Positions 21,709-30,564 of a stretch of DNA of 37,706 nucleotides are shown here, piece by piece. This DNA is from a virus. The position numbers and the translations under genes were made by a program. Numbering within the stretch: position 1 is the first letter of the stretch; every line of letters starts with the position of its first letter. The notes below the pieces were generated by a model, which did not search any database, was not told the origin of the DNA, and worked only from the letters and a program-made list of their open reading frames with translations. The stretch is from IMG/VR virus record IMGVR_UViG_3300021426_000040, one strand, 5' to 3'.

Positions 21709-22317
21709 ATGAAGAAATATTTATTTGACTTGCAGCTTTTCGCCGAAGGAGATAATGGACAAGATCCTGGCAATAATGATCCAGGGCAAAACAATACAAC
21801 TGGAGGAGACGACGATAAAGGGGAAAATAAATCTCAGCCAAAGTACACGGACGAGGACCTTGACCGCATCATCCAGGAGAAGAAGGCAAAGTGGGAAAAA
21901 CAGGCAAAAGATAATGAGGAAGAAGCAAAGAAGCTAGCAAAGATGAATGCCCAGCAAAAAGCCGAGCATGAACGCAACAAGCTGCAGAAGCAGCTTGATG
22001 AATTGCTCGCTGAAAAAGCACGTGCAGACATGGCCAAGGAAGCACGCAAGATGTGTGCGGAAGCCAACGTGAATGTGAGCGATGACATTCTTGCAAGCAT
22101 CATCACATCGGATGCCGATACCACAAAAGAAGCCGTTGAATCCTTTATCGAGCTTTTCAAGGGCGAGGTCGAAAAGGCAGTCAAGGACGCTTTGAAAGGA
22201 AACTCTTTCAAGCGCGGAGGTTCTAACGGAGGCGTGACGAAGGAGGACATCATGAAGGTCAGCGACCCGATTGAGCGCCAGCGTCTTATCCGCGAGAACA
22301 TGAATCTATTCAGATAG
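21709..22317 (+). CDS. Scaffolding protein with an N-terminal Prp-type leader
   Basis: SD GGAGGA before the ATG at 21709. Begins MKKYLFDLQLFAEGDNG, followed by a charged coiled coil (KAKWEKQAKDNEEEAKKLAKMNAQQKAEHERNKLQKQLDELLAEKA). Confidence 0.75.
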   Translation: MKKYLFDLQLFAEGDNGQDPGNNDPGQNNTTGGDDDKGENKSQPKYTDEDLDRIIQEKKAKWEKQAKDNEEEAKKLAKMNAQQKAEHERNKLQKQLDELLAEKARADMAKEARKMCAEANVNVSDDILASIITSDADTTKEAVESFIELFKGEVEKAVKDALKGNSFKRGGSNGGVTKEDIMKVSDPIERQRLIRENMNLFR

Positions 22318-22326
22318 GAGAAACAC

Positions 22327-23232
22327 ATGAGAAAACCAATCAACTTGCAGCTATTTGCAGAAACAAACATCACAGCAGCTAAGGACGTCGATCCAGCCAT
22401 CTCGGTTGACTACACTTCAAGAATTGCTACAAACATCAATGAATTGCGCAAGGTGCTAGGCATCAATCAATTGACGCCAATGGCCAACGGCACATTGATC
22501 AAGTCATATAAGCTGACTAAGGAGAACGCACCTGAACAGGTTGGCGAAGGCGAGACAATCGGATTGACAAAGATCACACGTAAACTGGCATGGCAAAAAG
22601 AGATCGCATTGAAGAAGTACCGTAAAGTGGCTACTGCCGAAGCAATCCAGAAGGTCGGCGCACAGAAGGCAATCAACGACACTGACGCAAAGATGACGTT
22701 GGAGTTGCAGAAGGACATCAAGAAGGACTTCTTCAAATCGCTTGCGACTGGCACCGGAACGGTAACAGGCACAGGCCTACAGGCTGCCCTTGCAGCCGCG
22801 TGGTCTCAATTGGAAGTGCGCTTTGAAGACCTTACTGTTGACCTAGTCTACTTCGTATCTCCGCTTGACGTTGCTGACTATCTCGGCGGAGCACAGGTCA
22901 CTACGCAGACTGCTTTCGGCTTCCAGTACATCGAAGGCTTCCTGGGACTTGGAACTGCGTTCATTTCTCCAGCGCTTCCTAAGGGCACTGCCTATGCGAC
23001 AGCGAAGCAGAACCTCACAGGCGCATACATCCCTGACGGCGGCGACGTGGCAAGCAAGTTCGGACTCACATACGACGAGACAGGTCTTATCGGCATGACG
23101 CACGCTACTGTCACTTCCAATGCAACAATCGAAACATTAGCGTTATCCGGCGTGCAGTTCTGGCCTGAATATGCTGATGGCGTGTTCAAGGTAACCATCA
23201 AGGCCGCAGCTGCAGCAGGAGCGGGAGCCTAG
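22327..23232 (+). CDS. Major capsid protein with an N-terminal Prp-type leader
   Basis: Position after the scaffold, 301 aa. Begins MRKPINLQLFAETNITAAK. Confidence 0.8.
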   Translation: MRKPINLQLFAETNITAAKDVDPAISVDYTSRIATNINELRKVLGINQLTPMANGTLIKSYKLTKENAPEQVGEGETIGLTKITRKLAWQKEIALKKYRKVATAEAIQKVGAQKAINDTDAKMTLELQKDIKKDFFKSLATGTGTVTGTGLQAALAAAWSQLEVRFEDLTVDLVYFVSPLDVADYLGGAQVTTQTAFGFQYIEGFLGLGTAFISPALPKGTAYATAKQNLTGAYIPDGGDVASKFGLTYDETGLIGMTHATVTSNATIETLALSGVQFWPEYADGVFKVTIKAAAAAGAGA

Positions 23233-23238
23233 CAGCCT

Positions 23239-23559
23239 ATGGCGGTAATCGATGATGTCAGGGCGCTGCTTGGAATCAAGGATGAAGACAGCAAGCTGAA
23301 TGTCATCATCACCTTGACCGAGAACCGCCTTAAAACTCTGATTGGCCAAAAAGAAGTGCCAGGCGAGCTGGAGTATATCGTTACCGAAGTATCGATTGCA
23401 CGTTTCAACCGCATCGGCTCCGAAGGGCTGAGCGGCCACACGGTAGAAGGCGAAGCATTGACCTTCAAGGACAATGACTTCGACCAGTATGCCGACGACA
23501 TCCAGGCATGGCGTGACGCACAGTCCGACCAGGACAAAGGAAGGATAAGGTTTCTATGA
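23239..23559 (+). CDS. Head-tail connector (gp6-like)
   Basis: Synteny, size, and LLGIKDEDSKLNVIITLTENRLKTLIG. Confidence 0.6.
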   Translation: MAVIDDVRALLGIKDEDSKLNVIITLTENRLKTLIGQKEVPGELEYIVTEVSIARFNRIGSEGLSGHTVEGEALTFKDNDFDQYADDIQAWRDAQSDQDKGRIRFL

Positions 23560-23858
23560 GGTACGATACGCCAGTCATCTTCCGCAGGGTTGTTGCCGGC
23601 GCATATGACCCTGACACAGGCGACTATGCGGATGACTCGTACAAGGATGTACGGCTCTATGCCTCGGTCATGGACACGAGCACAAGGACGATGGAGCTCG
23701 TGTACGGAAGCATCAAGCAAGGAAGCCTTACGGTGCATGTCCAGGGCCATGTCGACATGCCGTTTGACCAGATGATCATAAGGGGAAGGAATTACCGTGT
23801 GGACTACACGAGAAGGCTGAGGACGAAGCAGTCGTTCGTAATCTCGGAGGTGCAGTGA
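23556..23858 (+). CDS. Head closure / head-tail adaptor protein
   Basis: Synteny and size, with an ATGA overlap. Confidence 0.5.
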   Translation: MRYDTPVIFRRVVAGAYDPDTGDYADDSYKDVRLYASVMDTSTRTMELVYGSIKQGSLTVHVQGHVDMPFDQMIIRGRNYRVDYTRRLRTKQSFVISEVQ

Positions 23859-24223
23859 TGGGAATCAAGGTAGAAGGCCTGGACAAGCTCCAGGCAAGGA
23901 TAAAGGACGTCCAGAAGGGCGAGATGGTGAAGGGCATCGTAAGAAAGAACGGTGCTGACCTAAAGGAGGCCATTGAGGCAAAGGCCGAATTCAGGGGGCA
24001 CTACGAGGGCAATCAGTTCGTAAAGCCTACAGGCGCCACCAAGGGAAGCGTGCAGCTCAAGTTCAGTGATGGAGGCTTCACGGCCGAGTCATGGCCTACG
24101 ACCGAGTACTCGCCATATCTTGAGTACGGCACGCGCTTCATGGATGCACAGCCTTTCGTCCGCCCGGCATTTGACGAGGTGAGCAAAAAGTTCATAAGCG
24201 ACATGGAGAAGTATGCAAAATAG
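23858..24223 (+). CDS. HK97 gp10-family tail-head joining protein
   Basis: YSPYLEYGTRFMDAQPFVRPAFDE. SD GGAGGTG lies 7 nt before the ATG at 23858. Confidence 0.6.
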   Translation: MGIKVEGLDKLQARIKDVQKGEMVKGIVRKNGADLKEAIEAKAEFRGHYEGNQFVKPTGATKGSVQLKFSDGGFTAESWPTTEYSPYLEYGTRFMDAQPFVRPAFDEVSKKFISDMEKYAK

Positions 24224-24249
24224 AAAGACGGCTACGGAGGTGATTGCAT

Positions 24250-24636
24250 ATGACTGACCCGCAGCAGGAGATATTCACAGCAATGAAGACAGGGCTTGAG
24301 AAGCTCGGATATGACGTATACGACGGGTTCCTTCCTCCCGAGGGGACTCCGTACCCCTTCATCTACATCGGCGAGAACAGCCTTCATGACGAGGCAAACA
24401 AGACCGCCGTGTTCGGAAGGGTGACCCAGACAGTAAGCGTGTGGCATGACAGCCCAAGAAAGCGCGGAACGGTGTCAGCCATGCTCCTTGACATCAAGAG
24501 CACGGCAAGGCACATCCAGCATACGAAGGGCTTCTCATGGATGGTGACCAGCGTCAGCCAGCAGATCATGCCCGACACGTCCACAGGTGCGCCGCTTGTC
24601 CATGGCGTGCTGGACATAGAATTCATGTTCTCATGA
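24250..24636 (+). CDS. Tail completion / terminator-like protein (DUF3168-like)
   Basis: Synteny. SD GGAGGTGA lies 6 nt before the ATG at 24250. Confidence 0.45.
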   Translation: MTDPQQEIFTAMKTGLEKLGYDVYDGFLPPEGTPYPFIYIGENSLHDEANKTAVFGRVTQTVSVWHDSPRKRGTVSAMLLDIKSTARHIQHTKGFSWMVTSVSQQIMPDTSTGAPLVHGVLDIEFMFS

Positions 24637-24690
24637 TTTCATGAGAACAATAGAGGACAATATTGACAATCTAGGAGGAAATAATCAGCA

Positions 24691-25191
24691 ATGGAAGCAG
24701 TACAGGGAATGAGAGTCGTATATCTCTACCGCATCCTCAGCGATGCGAAGACAAAGGCCGCATCGGCAGTTGCCTTTGCGACTGAGAACAAGAACAAGAT
24801 CTCGCGCGATGCCGATTCAACGAAGACAAAGGACGGCTCAATCAGAACGCCAGGAGGAATTGAGGTGGAGATCTCATTCACTTCGATCATGGCGAAGGGT
24901 GACACGCTATACGACAGCGTGAAGAAGGCAGTGAAGGAAGGCTTAATCGTCGAGGTATGGGAAGTCAACCTTGACGAGAAGGGAACCGACACGAATGCCG
25001 ACAAGTACAAGGCGACTTACTACCAGGGCTACATCACCGAGGTAGAGCTATCATCTCCATCTGATGACTTCGCTGAGCTTTCCATCACGTACGGGGCAAA
25101 CGGCTCCGGCGCTGACGGATACGCTACGCTCTCGAAGGAACAGCAGGAGATTGCGGAATACGCCTTCAAGGACACTTCAGCATCCGCATAA
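24691..25191 (+). CDS. Major tail protein (TP901-1/phi13-like)
   Basis: Synteny, 166 aa, and a strong terminator directly downstream. Confidence 0.7.
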   Translation: MEAVQGMRVVYLYRILSDAKTKAASAVAFATENKNKISRDADSTKTKDGSIRTPGGIEVEISFTSIMAKGDTLYDSVKKAVKEGLIVEVWEVNLDEKGTDTNADKYKATYYQGYITEVELSSPSDDFAELSITYGANGSGADGYATLSKEQQEIAEYAFKDTSASA

Positions 25192-25200
25192 AAACATACG

Positions 25201-25245
25201 GGACAGCCGCATGGCAGCAGTGCCAGGACGTGGCTGTCCTTTTTT
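25201..25245 (+). terminator. Intrinsic terminator after the major tail gene
   Basis: GGACAGCC...GGCTGTCC followed by TTTTTT. Confidence 0.7.
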
Positions 25246-25273
25246 AACATAGCTAACAGGAGGAAAAGAGAAA

Positions 25274-25663
25274 ATGGCAGTTATGGAACTTACAATTGGC
25301 AACCAGGTATACGAGTTCAAGGCAGGCATCGGGTTCATGCGCGAGGCGAACAAGAGGGTCGTCGAGAAGATTGACAACACAGACACATACAGGGGCGTTG
25401 GCCTCACATACCTCGTGGCAGGAATCATTGACGGTGACATCGATGACCTCGTTGACGCGCTTGACCTCATGAACAAGGGCATGAAGCCAAGGGTGACAAG
25501 AGCCCAGCTTGAGGACTACGTGGAGGATGTCGAGGACATCGACAAGCTCTTTGAGGACGTTCTCGATTTTTTCGCGAATGCGAATGTATCGAAGAGAATC
25601 GTGAAGAACCTCACGGAGAGAATCAAGAAGGCCCAGGAGGCGGAACAGGCCAAGGGCAAGTAG
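25274..25663 (+). CDS. Tail assembly chaperone (gpG-like)
   Basis: Positioned between the major tail and tape measure genes. Acidic C-terminus. Confidence 0.7.
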   Translation: MAVMELTIGNQVYEFKAGIGFMREANKRVVEKIDNTDTYRGVGLTYLVAGIIDGDIDDLVDALDLMNKGMKPRVTRAQLEDYVEDVEDIDKLFEDVLDFFANANVSKRIVKNLTERIKKAQEAEQAKGK

Positions 25664-26028
25664 ACGATGAGGAAGTCTACGAAAGCATCACGATGAACTG
25701 CTACAGGTATCTCGGCATGACATCCCAGCACGAGGTGGACATGCTGACGATGAGGGAGTACAGGATGCTGATTCAGGCAGCTGAGCTGCGGTGGGTCGAC
25801 AGGCGCTACTTCGTCCATCTCCAGGCATTCCAGAACATGCGCATCAAGGCGGTCAAGGGAAGAGGCAAGGGGACGGTGCCCGTATACGGGTCGTTCGACC
25901 GGTTCTTCAACTACGAGAAGGAGCAGGACATGGTGATGAGAGGAAAAGACGGCGGAGATGAGACTGGCATAGCCGGAAGGGTGAAGCAGTTCCTCCGCAG
26001 GAAGGAGAAGAGCAATGGCAGGGAATAA
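25274..26028 (+). CDS. Tail assembly chaperone frameshift product (gpGT-like) via a -1 slip at T TTT TTC (25567-25573)
   Basis: The -1 frame is open from 25555 to 26028. The downstream ORF (track 25693-26028) has no SD. The slippery heptamer is in the correct phase. Confidence 0.5.
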
Positions 26029-29020
26029 CAGCTTCAGCGTCAAGGCGGTGCTGAGCGCCGTCGACAAGGGATTCACCACGGCATTCAAGGAAGCCGGAAA
26101 GGCAACCGAGAGCCTGGGAAGCAAGATCAAGAGCGGCCTTGGATTTGGCATCCTTACGGGAATCGGCCAGAAGGCCTTTGACGTCATAACCCAGGGCGCA
26201 ACCGACATGGTTGGCGAGCTTTCGTCAAGCTCGGCAGCGTGGAAGACCTTCACGGGCAACATGGAGATGCTCGGGAAGGGACGAGACGAGATCAAGAGCA
26301 CGAAGAACGAGCTACAGGACTTCGCAACAAAGACCATCTACAGCGCCTCTGACATGGCTACGACATATAGCCAGCTCGCTGCCGTAGGGACGAAGAACTG
26401 CACGCAGCTCGTCAAGGGCTTCGGCGGTCTTGCCTCGGCAGCCGAGAACCCTCAGCAGGCCATGAAGACACTGAGCCAGCAGGCAACGCAGATGGCATCC
26501 AAGCCAAAGGTCGAATGGCAGGACTTCAAGCTCATGCTTGAGCAGACTCCGGCAGGTGTCGCGGCGGTGGCAAGGCAGATGGGCATGTCAACTTCACAGC
26601 TCGTCAGGAACGTCCAGGACGGCAAGATCAAGACCCAGGACTTCTTCAATGCCATCTCAAAGGTCGGAACGAACAAGGCCTTCACGAAGCTTGCAACCGA
26701 GTACAAGACGGTTGACCAGGCAATGGACGGCCTCAAGGAGACGCTAAGCGTCAAGCTCGCTCCGGCATTCGATGCTGCATCCAAGGTCGGGATCAGCAGC
26801 ATAAACAAGATCATAGACAAGATGGACGGCATAGATGCCGGAAAGATTGTCGACAGGATTGGCGACATGGCCACGAAGGTCAAGCCTTACTGGGAGGCCG
26901 TGAAGGGAGCGGCAGGCGACGCAGCCCAGGGGATCATGAGCGTCGTGAAGGTGGCAGGCGAGCTTGCAGGGGAGTTCATCACTGACAAGGACGTCATGAG
27001 CACGTTCACGAAGGCGGTGAGGTTCGCAGGTACTTCAATCAAGAGCCTCGGCAAGTTCGTTGCGGAGCACAAGGCCGAGATCAAGAAGGCCATTCCGATT
27101 GTCGTCGGTTTCATTGCGGCATGGAAGGGATACAAGGTCATAAGCTCCGCTGCAAAGGCCGTCGGGTCGTTTGCTGACAAGATAAAGAATATTCCAAAGA
27201 GCAATCCTCTTCCCGATTTCCCTGATCCTGCCAAAGTGAACAACAGCGGAAAGGCAATCGGCCGAACATCAAAGAAGATGGTTGCCAGTGCAAAGGCATT
27301 CGCCCTTGCAGGAGCAGGCGTTCTTCTACTAGCAGCAGGATTTGCGCTTCTTGCCTACTCTTCCATCCAGCTTGCAAAGGCCGGGCCTCTTGCCATCGGC
27401 GTCATGGCCGGCATGGTGGGCGCACTCATGGCGGTAGGGGCAGGCATCACGTTCATGATCAATTCAATATCACTGACAGCAGGAAAGCTCAAAGCACTTG
27501 GACCGGCGCTTCTCATGGTCGGAGGGGCCGTGCTTCTCGTTTCGGCGGGAATTTCGCTTCTGTCGTATTCAGCCATTCAGCTTGCGGCGGCAGGACCGCT
27601 CGCAATCGGAGTGATGGTGGGAATGGTTGCAGCTATTGCAGGACTTGCCGTCGGTGCTGCTGCCATCGGACCAGCGCTTACGGCAGGGGCTGTCGGATTC
27701 ATCGCATTCGGCGCAGCCATTGCGCTTGTAGGTGCAGGTGCACTCATGGCTTCAGCCGGGCTCGTGCTCGTTGCCGGCGCACTTCCTGCCGTCGTCCAGT
27801 ACGGCGCATCGGGAGCCGTCAGCATTGCTGCGCTTGCAGGAGCCATCACGCTCTTCGGACTCGGCACGCTTGCAGCCGTTCCCGGAACGCTTCTTCTTGG
27901 CGCTGCACTCCTCGTTCTTGGAGCAGGAGCGGCGGTGGCTGGAGCAGGGGCAGTCGTTCTCGGTGCGGGCATGGCAGTTGTTGGTGCAGGACTTGTGGCA
28001 GCATCGGGCGGTGCTGCGCTTCTTTCGCCTCTCATCCTTGCGATGGGGGCCTCAATGGCCACGGCATCAGCCGGGGCGCTCGCGTTCTCGGCTTCGCTTG
28101 TCGCGTTCAGCGGATCGGTAGTCATGGCATCTGGATCATCAGTTGCTCTTGGAGGCGCGCTTGTCGTCTCATCCGCCGGAATGATGGCATTCGGGGCATC
28201 CGTGACGGTCGCTTCGGCTGGCATGGTGGTGCTCTCAGCTAGCCTTGTTGCGGTGAGGGCAAGCCTCTCATCCATCAGCGGCAGCGCAAAGTCAACATCA
28301 AATTCACTCAAGGCCATGAAGTCATCCGTAAGCTTCGTAAGCACGGCCATGAAGGGTCTTGGAAGCATGTGCAAGTCAGCCGTAAGCTCAATGATAAGTT
28401 CTTTCTCCAGCGCCGAGACAAGAGTCGTATCGGCTGGAAGGAACATAGGAAACGGTGCCGTCAGCGGACTGAAGTCCGGCATGTCACGGCTTCCTTCCGT
28501 GGCCTCGTCAGGAGTGAGCAGCGCGGCAAATGCCATGCGCTCGGGACATGGAAAGGCCTATTCAGCTGGCGTCTACATCGGGCAGGGACTTGCAGGCGGC
28601 ATGCGCTCAACCCTCGGAACGGTGAGAAGCGTAGCGGCGCAGCTTGCCAGCGCGGCTGATGCGGCCATCAGGGCAAAGGCAAAGATCCACAGCCCTTCAA
28701 GGGTATCGATGAAGCTGGGCGAGTACTTCGGCCAGGGCTTTGCCAACGGCATTGCGGGCATGTCGCACGAGGTAAGACAGGCATCGGCAGAGCTGTTCAG
28801 CATTCCTAGGGCTGAATCTCCAAGCCTTTCGCTATCAGGCGGATACGGAGGCACTTCAAACCTCGACCAGCAGTACAGCTACAGCTCGAGCGGAGAGTAC
28901 ACGATCGTCGTTCCCGTGAAGATTGACGGTCGCGAGGTTGCAAGGACGACCGCCTCATACACTCAGCAGGAGATTGACAGGGCTGAAAGATTCCAGAGAA
29001 AGATAAGGGGTGGTAACTGA
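26015..29020 (+). CDS. Tape measure protein
   Basis: 1001 aa, the longest gene, in the expected syntenic position. It has a long Gly/Ala/Leu-rich hydrophobic core with an internal duplication. Confidence 0.85.
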   Translation: MAGNNSFSVKAVLSAVDKGFTTAFKEAGKATESLGSKIKSGLGFGILTGIGQKAFDVITQGATDMVGELSSSSAAWKTFTGNMEMLGKGRDEIKSTKNELQDFATKTIYSASDMATTYSQLAAVGTKNCTQLVKGFGGLASAAENPQQAMKTLSQQATQMASKPKVEWQDFKLMLEQTPAGVAAVARQMGMSTSQLVRNVQDGKIKTQDFFNAISKVGTNKAFTKLATEYKTVDQAMDGLKETLSVKLAPAFDAASKVGISSINKIIDKMDGIDAGKIVDRIGDMATKVKPYWEAVKGAAGDAAQGIMSVVKVAGELAGEFITDKDVMSTFTKAVRFAGTSIKSLGKFVAEHKAEIKKAIPIVVGFIAAWKGYKVISSAAKAVGSFADKIKNIPKSNPLPDFPDPAKVNNSGKAIGRTSKKMVASAKAFALAGAGVLLLAAGFALLAYSSIQLAKAGPLAIGVMAGMVGALMAVGAGITFMINSISLTAGKLKALGPALLMVGGAVLLVSAGISLLSYSAIQLAAAGPLAIGVMVGMVAAIAGLAVGAAAIGPALTAGAVGFIAFGAAIALVGAGALMASAGLVLVAGALPAVVQYGASGAVSIAALAGAITLFGLGTLAAVPGTLLLGAALLVLGAGAAVAGAGAVVLGAGMAVVGAGLVAASGGAALLSPLILAMGASMATASAGALAFSASLVAFSGSVVMASGSSVALGGALVVSSAGMMAFGASVTVASAGMVVLSASLVAVRASLSSISGSAKSTSNSLKAMKSSVSFVSTAMKGLGSMCKSAVSSMISSFSSAETRVVSAGRNIGNGAVSGLKSGMSRLPSVASSGVSSAANAMRSGHGKAYSAGVYIGQGLAGGMRSTLGTVRSVAAQLASAADAAIRAKAKIHSPSRVSMKLGEYFGQGFANGIAGMSHEVRQASAELFSIPRAESPSLSLSGGYGGTSNLDQQYSYSSSGEYTIVVPVKIDGREVARTTASYTQQEIDRAERFQRKIRGGN

Positions 29021-29021
29021 T

Positions 29022-30563
29022 ATGTCATACAGCTTTGTGGACACGAATGACATCGCTTCGGGAAGCACGCTTCCTGAAGAGGCAATGAGCTTCAACGGCG
29101 TGTACATCGAGAACGAGATAGAAGGCTACCGCACCCTCTCGGTAAGCGGGAGGGAGCTGATGGGCTCTGACATCGGGAGCACGACGATTGACGGCCGTGA
29201 CGGTGCTGCATTCAGGTACAGCACATATCCGGCACGCACGATAACGGTGAGATACCAGCTCTCATGCGCTGACAGCAGGACGTTCAGGGAGGCATTCAAC
29301 AGGCTGAACGGCCTTCTTTCAGCCAAGCAGGCGAAGGTGTCATTTGCCGACGAGCCGGACAAGTACTTCATCGGCACAAGGGCAGGAAGCACCGAGCCGG
29401 ATGATGGAACGAACTGCACGAAGGGAGAGTTCGAAATACTGTGCACTGACCCGTTCAAGCATTCCTCGGCAGTTAAGGAGTTCAAGGGAACATGGAAGGA
29501 TGACCAGGTCGTTGAGGTCGTCATTGAGAACAGCGGTACTGTACCAGTTCCCATAGACTATGAGATCAAGAACACGGCCGAGACGGGCTACATCGGCATA
29601 GTGTCCGACCAGGGTGCCATGCAGTTCGGGAAGAGGGAGGAGGCTGACGGGTATGCCTACAAGGACAACGAGACGCTCGTCACGCTATCTGACTTCATCA
29701 GCGCTCCCGACGATACGGGAGGAACGGACTACATGCATCCCCAGTACGGTGCAAACGGGACGCTTGCAACGCACACATGGTTTGGAAGAACGTTCCTGGG
29801 ATTCGGAAGCACAGGGACAAAAAAAGGATATGCCAGCGGAGGACTGAGAACCATCGAGATTCCAGCCGACTCCAATGGCAAGAAAGGATGCAGAAACTTC
29901 TATGCATACCTTCACCTCATCTTCTATGCAGGACTCTGGGGACAGACGGGAGAGATGTGCATTAATTTCCTTACATCGTCCAACAGGATGATATGCGGCC
30001 TAAACTGGTACAAGACGAGCACCAACGGCAATGACGGACGCTATGAGCTTGTCGGAACAGATGGGAAGGTTCTCAGGACATACGCCTACACGACAAGCCA
30101 TCTTTATTCCGAGAATCCATGGTACTGGGACTGGGGTCACTGTGACATCCGCAAGGAGGGCAGCACGATCACGTTCTTCTACTATGGCGGATATCCTTCG
30201 TTCGTCATTCCCGAAGCCGAGAACCTTGAATGTGCAAAGATACAGATAGCAGTGAAGCAGTGGGGCGACAGGAGCGGAAACAGGTTCATGTCATTTGCCG
30301 GATTCGACAAGCTCATGTTCCAGACACTTCATGTCGACAAATGGAAGGACGTGCCCAACCGCTATCCTTCCGGGTCTACGATTACCATTGACGGGGAGAC
30401 GACAAAGTTCTTCGTCAACGGCATGCAGAAGCAGGAGGACGAGGTAAGAGGCACGAAATACTTCAAGGCACTGCCTGGAAAGACGACCGTCAAGGTGCAT
30501 TCAAGCACGTGGGTGAAGTCGCTTCCTGAGGTGACCGCAAGGATAAGAGAGGAGTGGATCTAG
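29022..30563 (+). CDS. Distal tail protein (Dit, long/evolved form)
   Basis: Follows the tape measure gene. Begins MSYSFVDTNDIASGSTLPEEAMSFNGVYIENEIEGYRTLSVSGRE. Confidence 0.7.
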   Translation: MSYSFVDTNDIASGSTLPEEAMSFNGVYIENEIEGYRTLSVSGRELMGSDIGSTTIDGRDGAAFRYSTYPARTITVRYQLSCADSRTFREAFNRLNGLLSAKQAKVSFADEPDKYFIGTRAGSTEPDDGTNCTKGEFEILCTDPFKHSSAVKEFKGTWKDDQVVEVVIENSGTVPVPIDYEIKNTAETGYIGIVSDQGAMQFGKREEADGYAYKDNETLVTLSDFISAPDDTGGTDYMHPQYGANGTLATHTWFGRTFLGFGSTGTKKGYASGGLRTIEIPADSNGKKGCRNFYAYLHLIFYAGLWGQTGEMCINFLTSSNRMICGLNWYKTSTNGNDGRYELVGTDGKVLRTYAYTTSHLYSENPWYWDWGHCDIRKEGSTITFFYYGGYPSFVIPEAENLECAKIQIAVKQWGDRSGNRFMSFAGFDKLMFQTLHVDKWKDVPNRYPSGSTITIDGETTKFFVNGMQKQEDEVRGTKYFKALPGKTTVKVHSSTWVKSLPEVTARIREEWI

Positions 30564-30564
30564 C

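Noticed and set aside
24627-24648. 10-bp inverted repeat GTTCTCATGA-tt-TCATGAGAAC at the end of the 24250-24636 gene, considered as a terminator
   Set aside because: It has no downstream U-run and a 2-nt loop. It is probably only an mRNA-stabilising hairpin, if it is functional at all.
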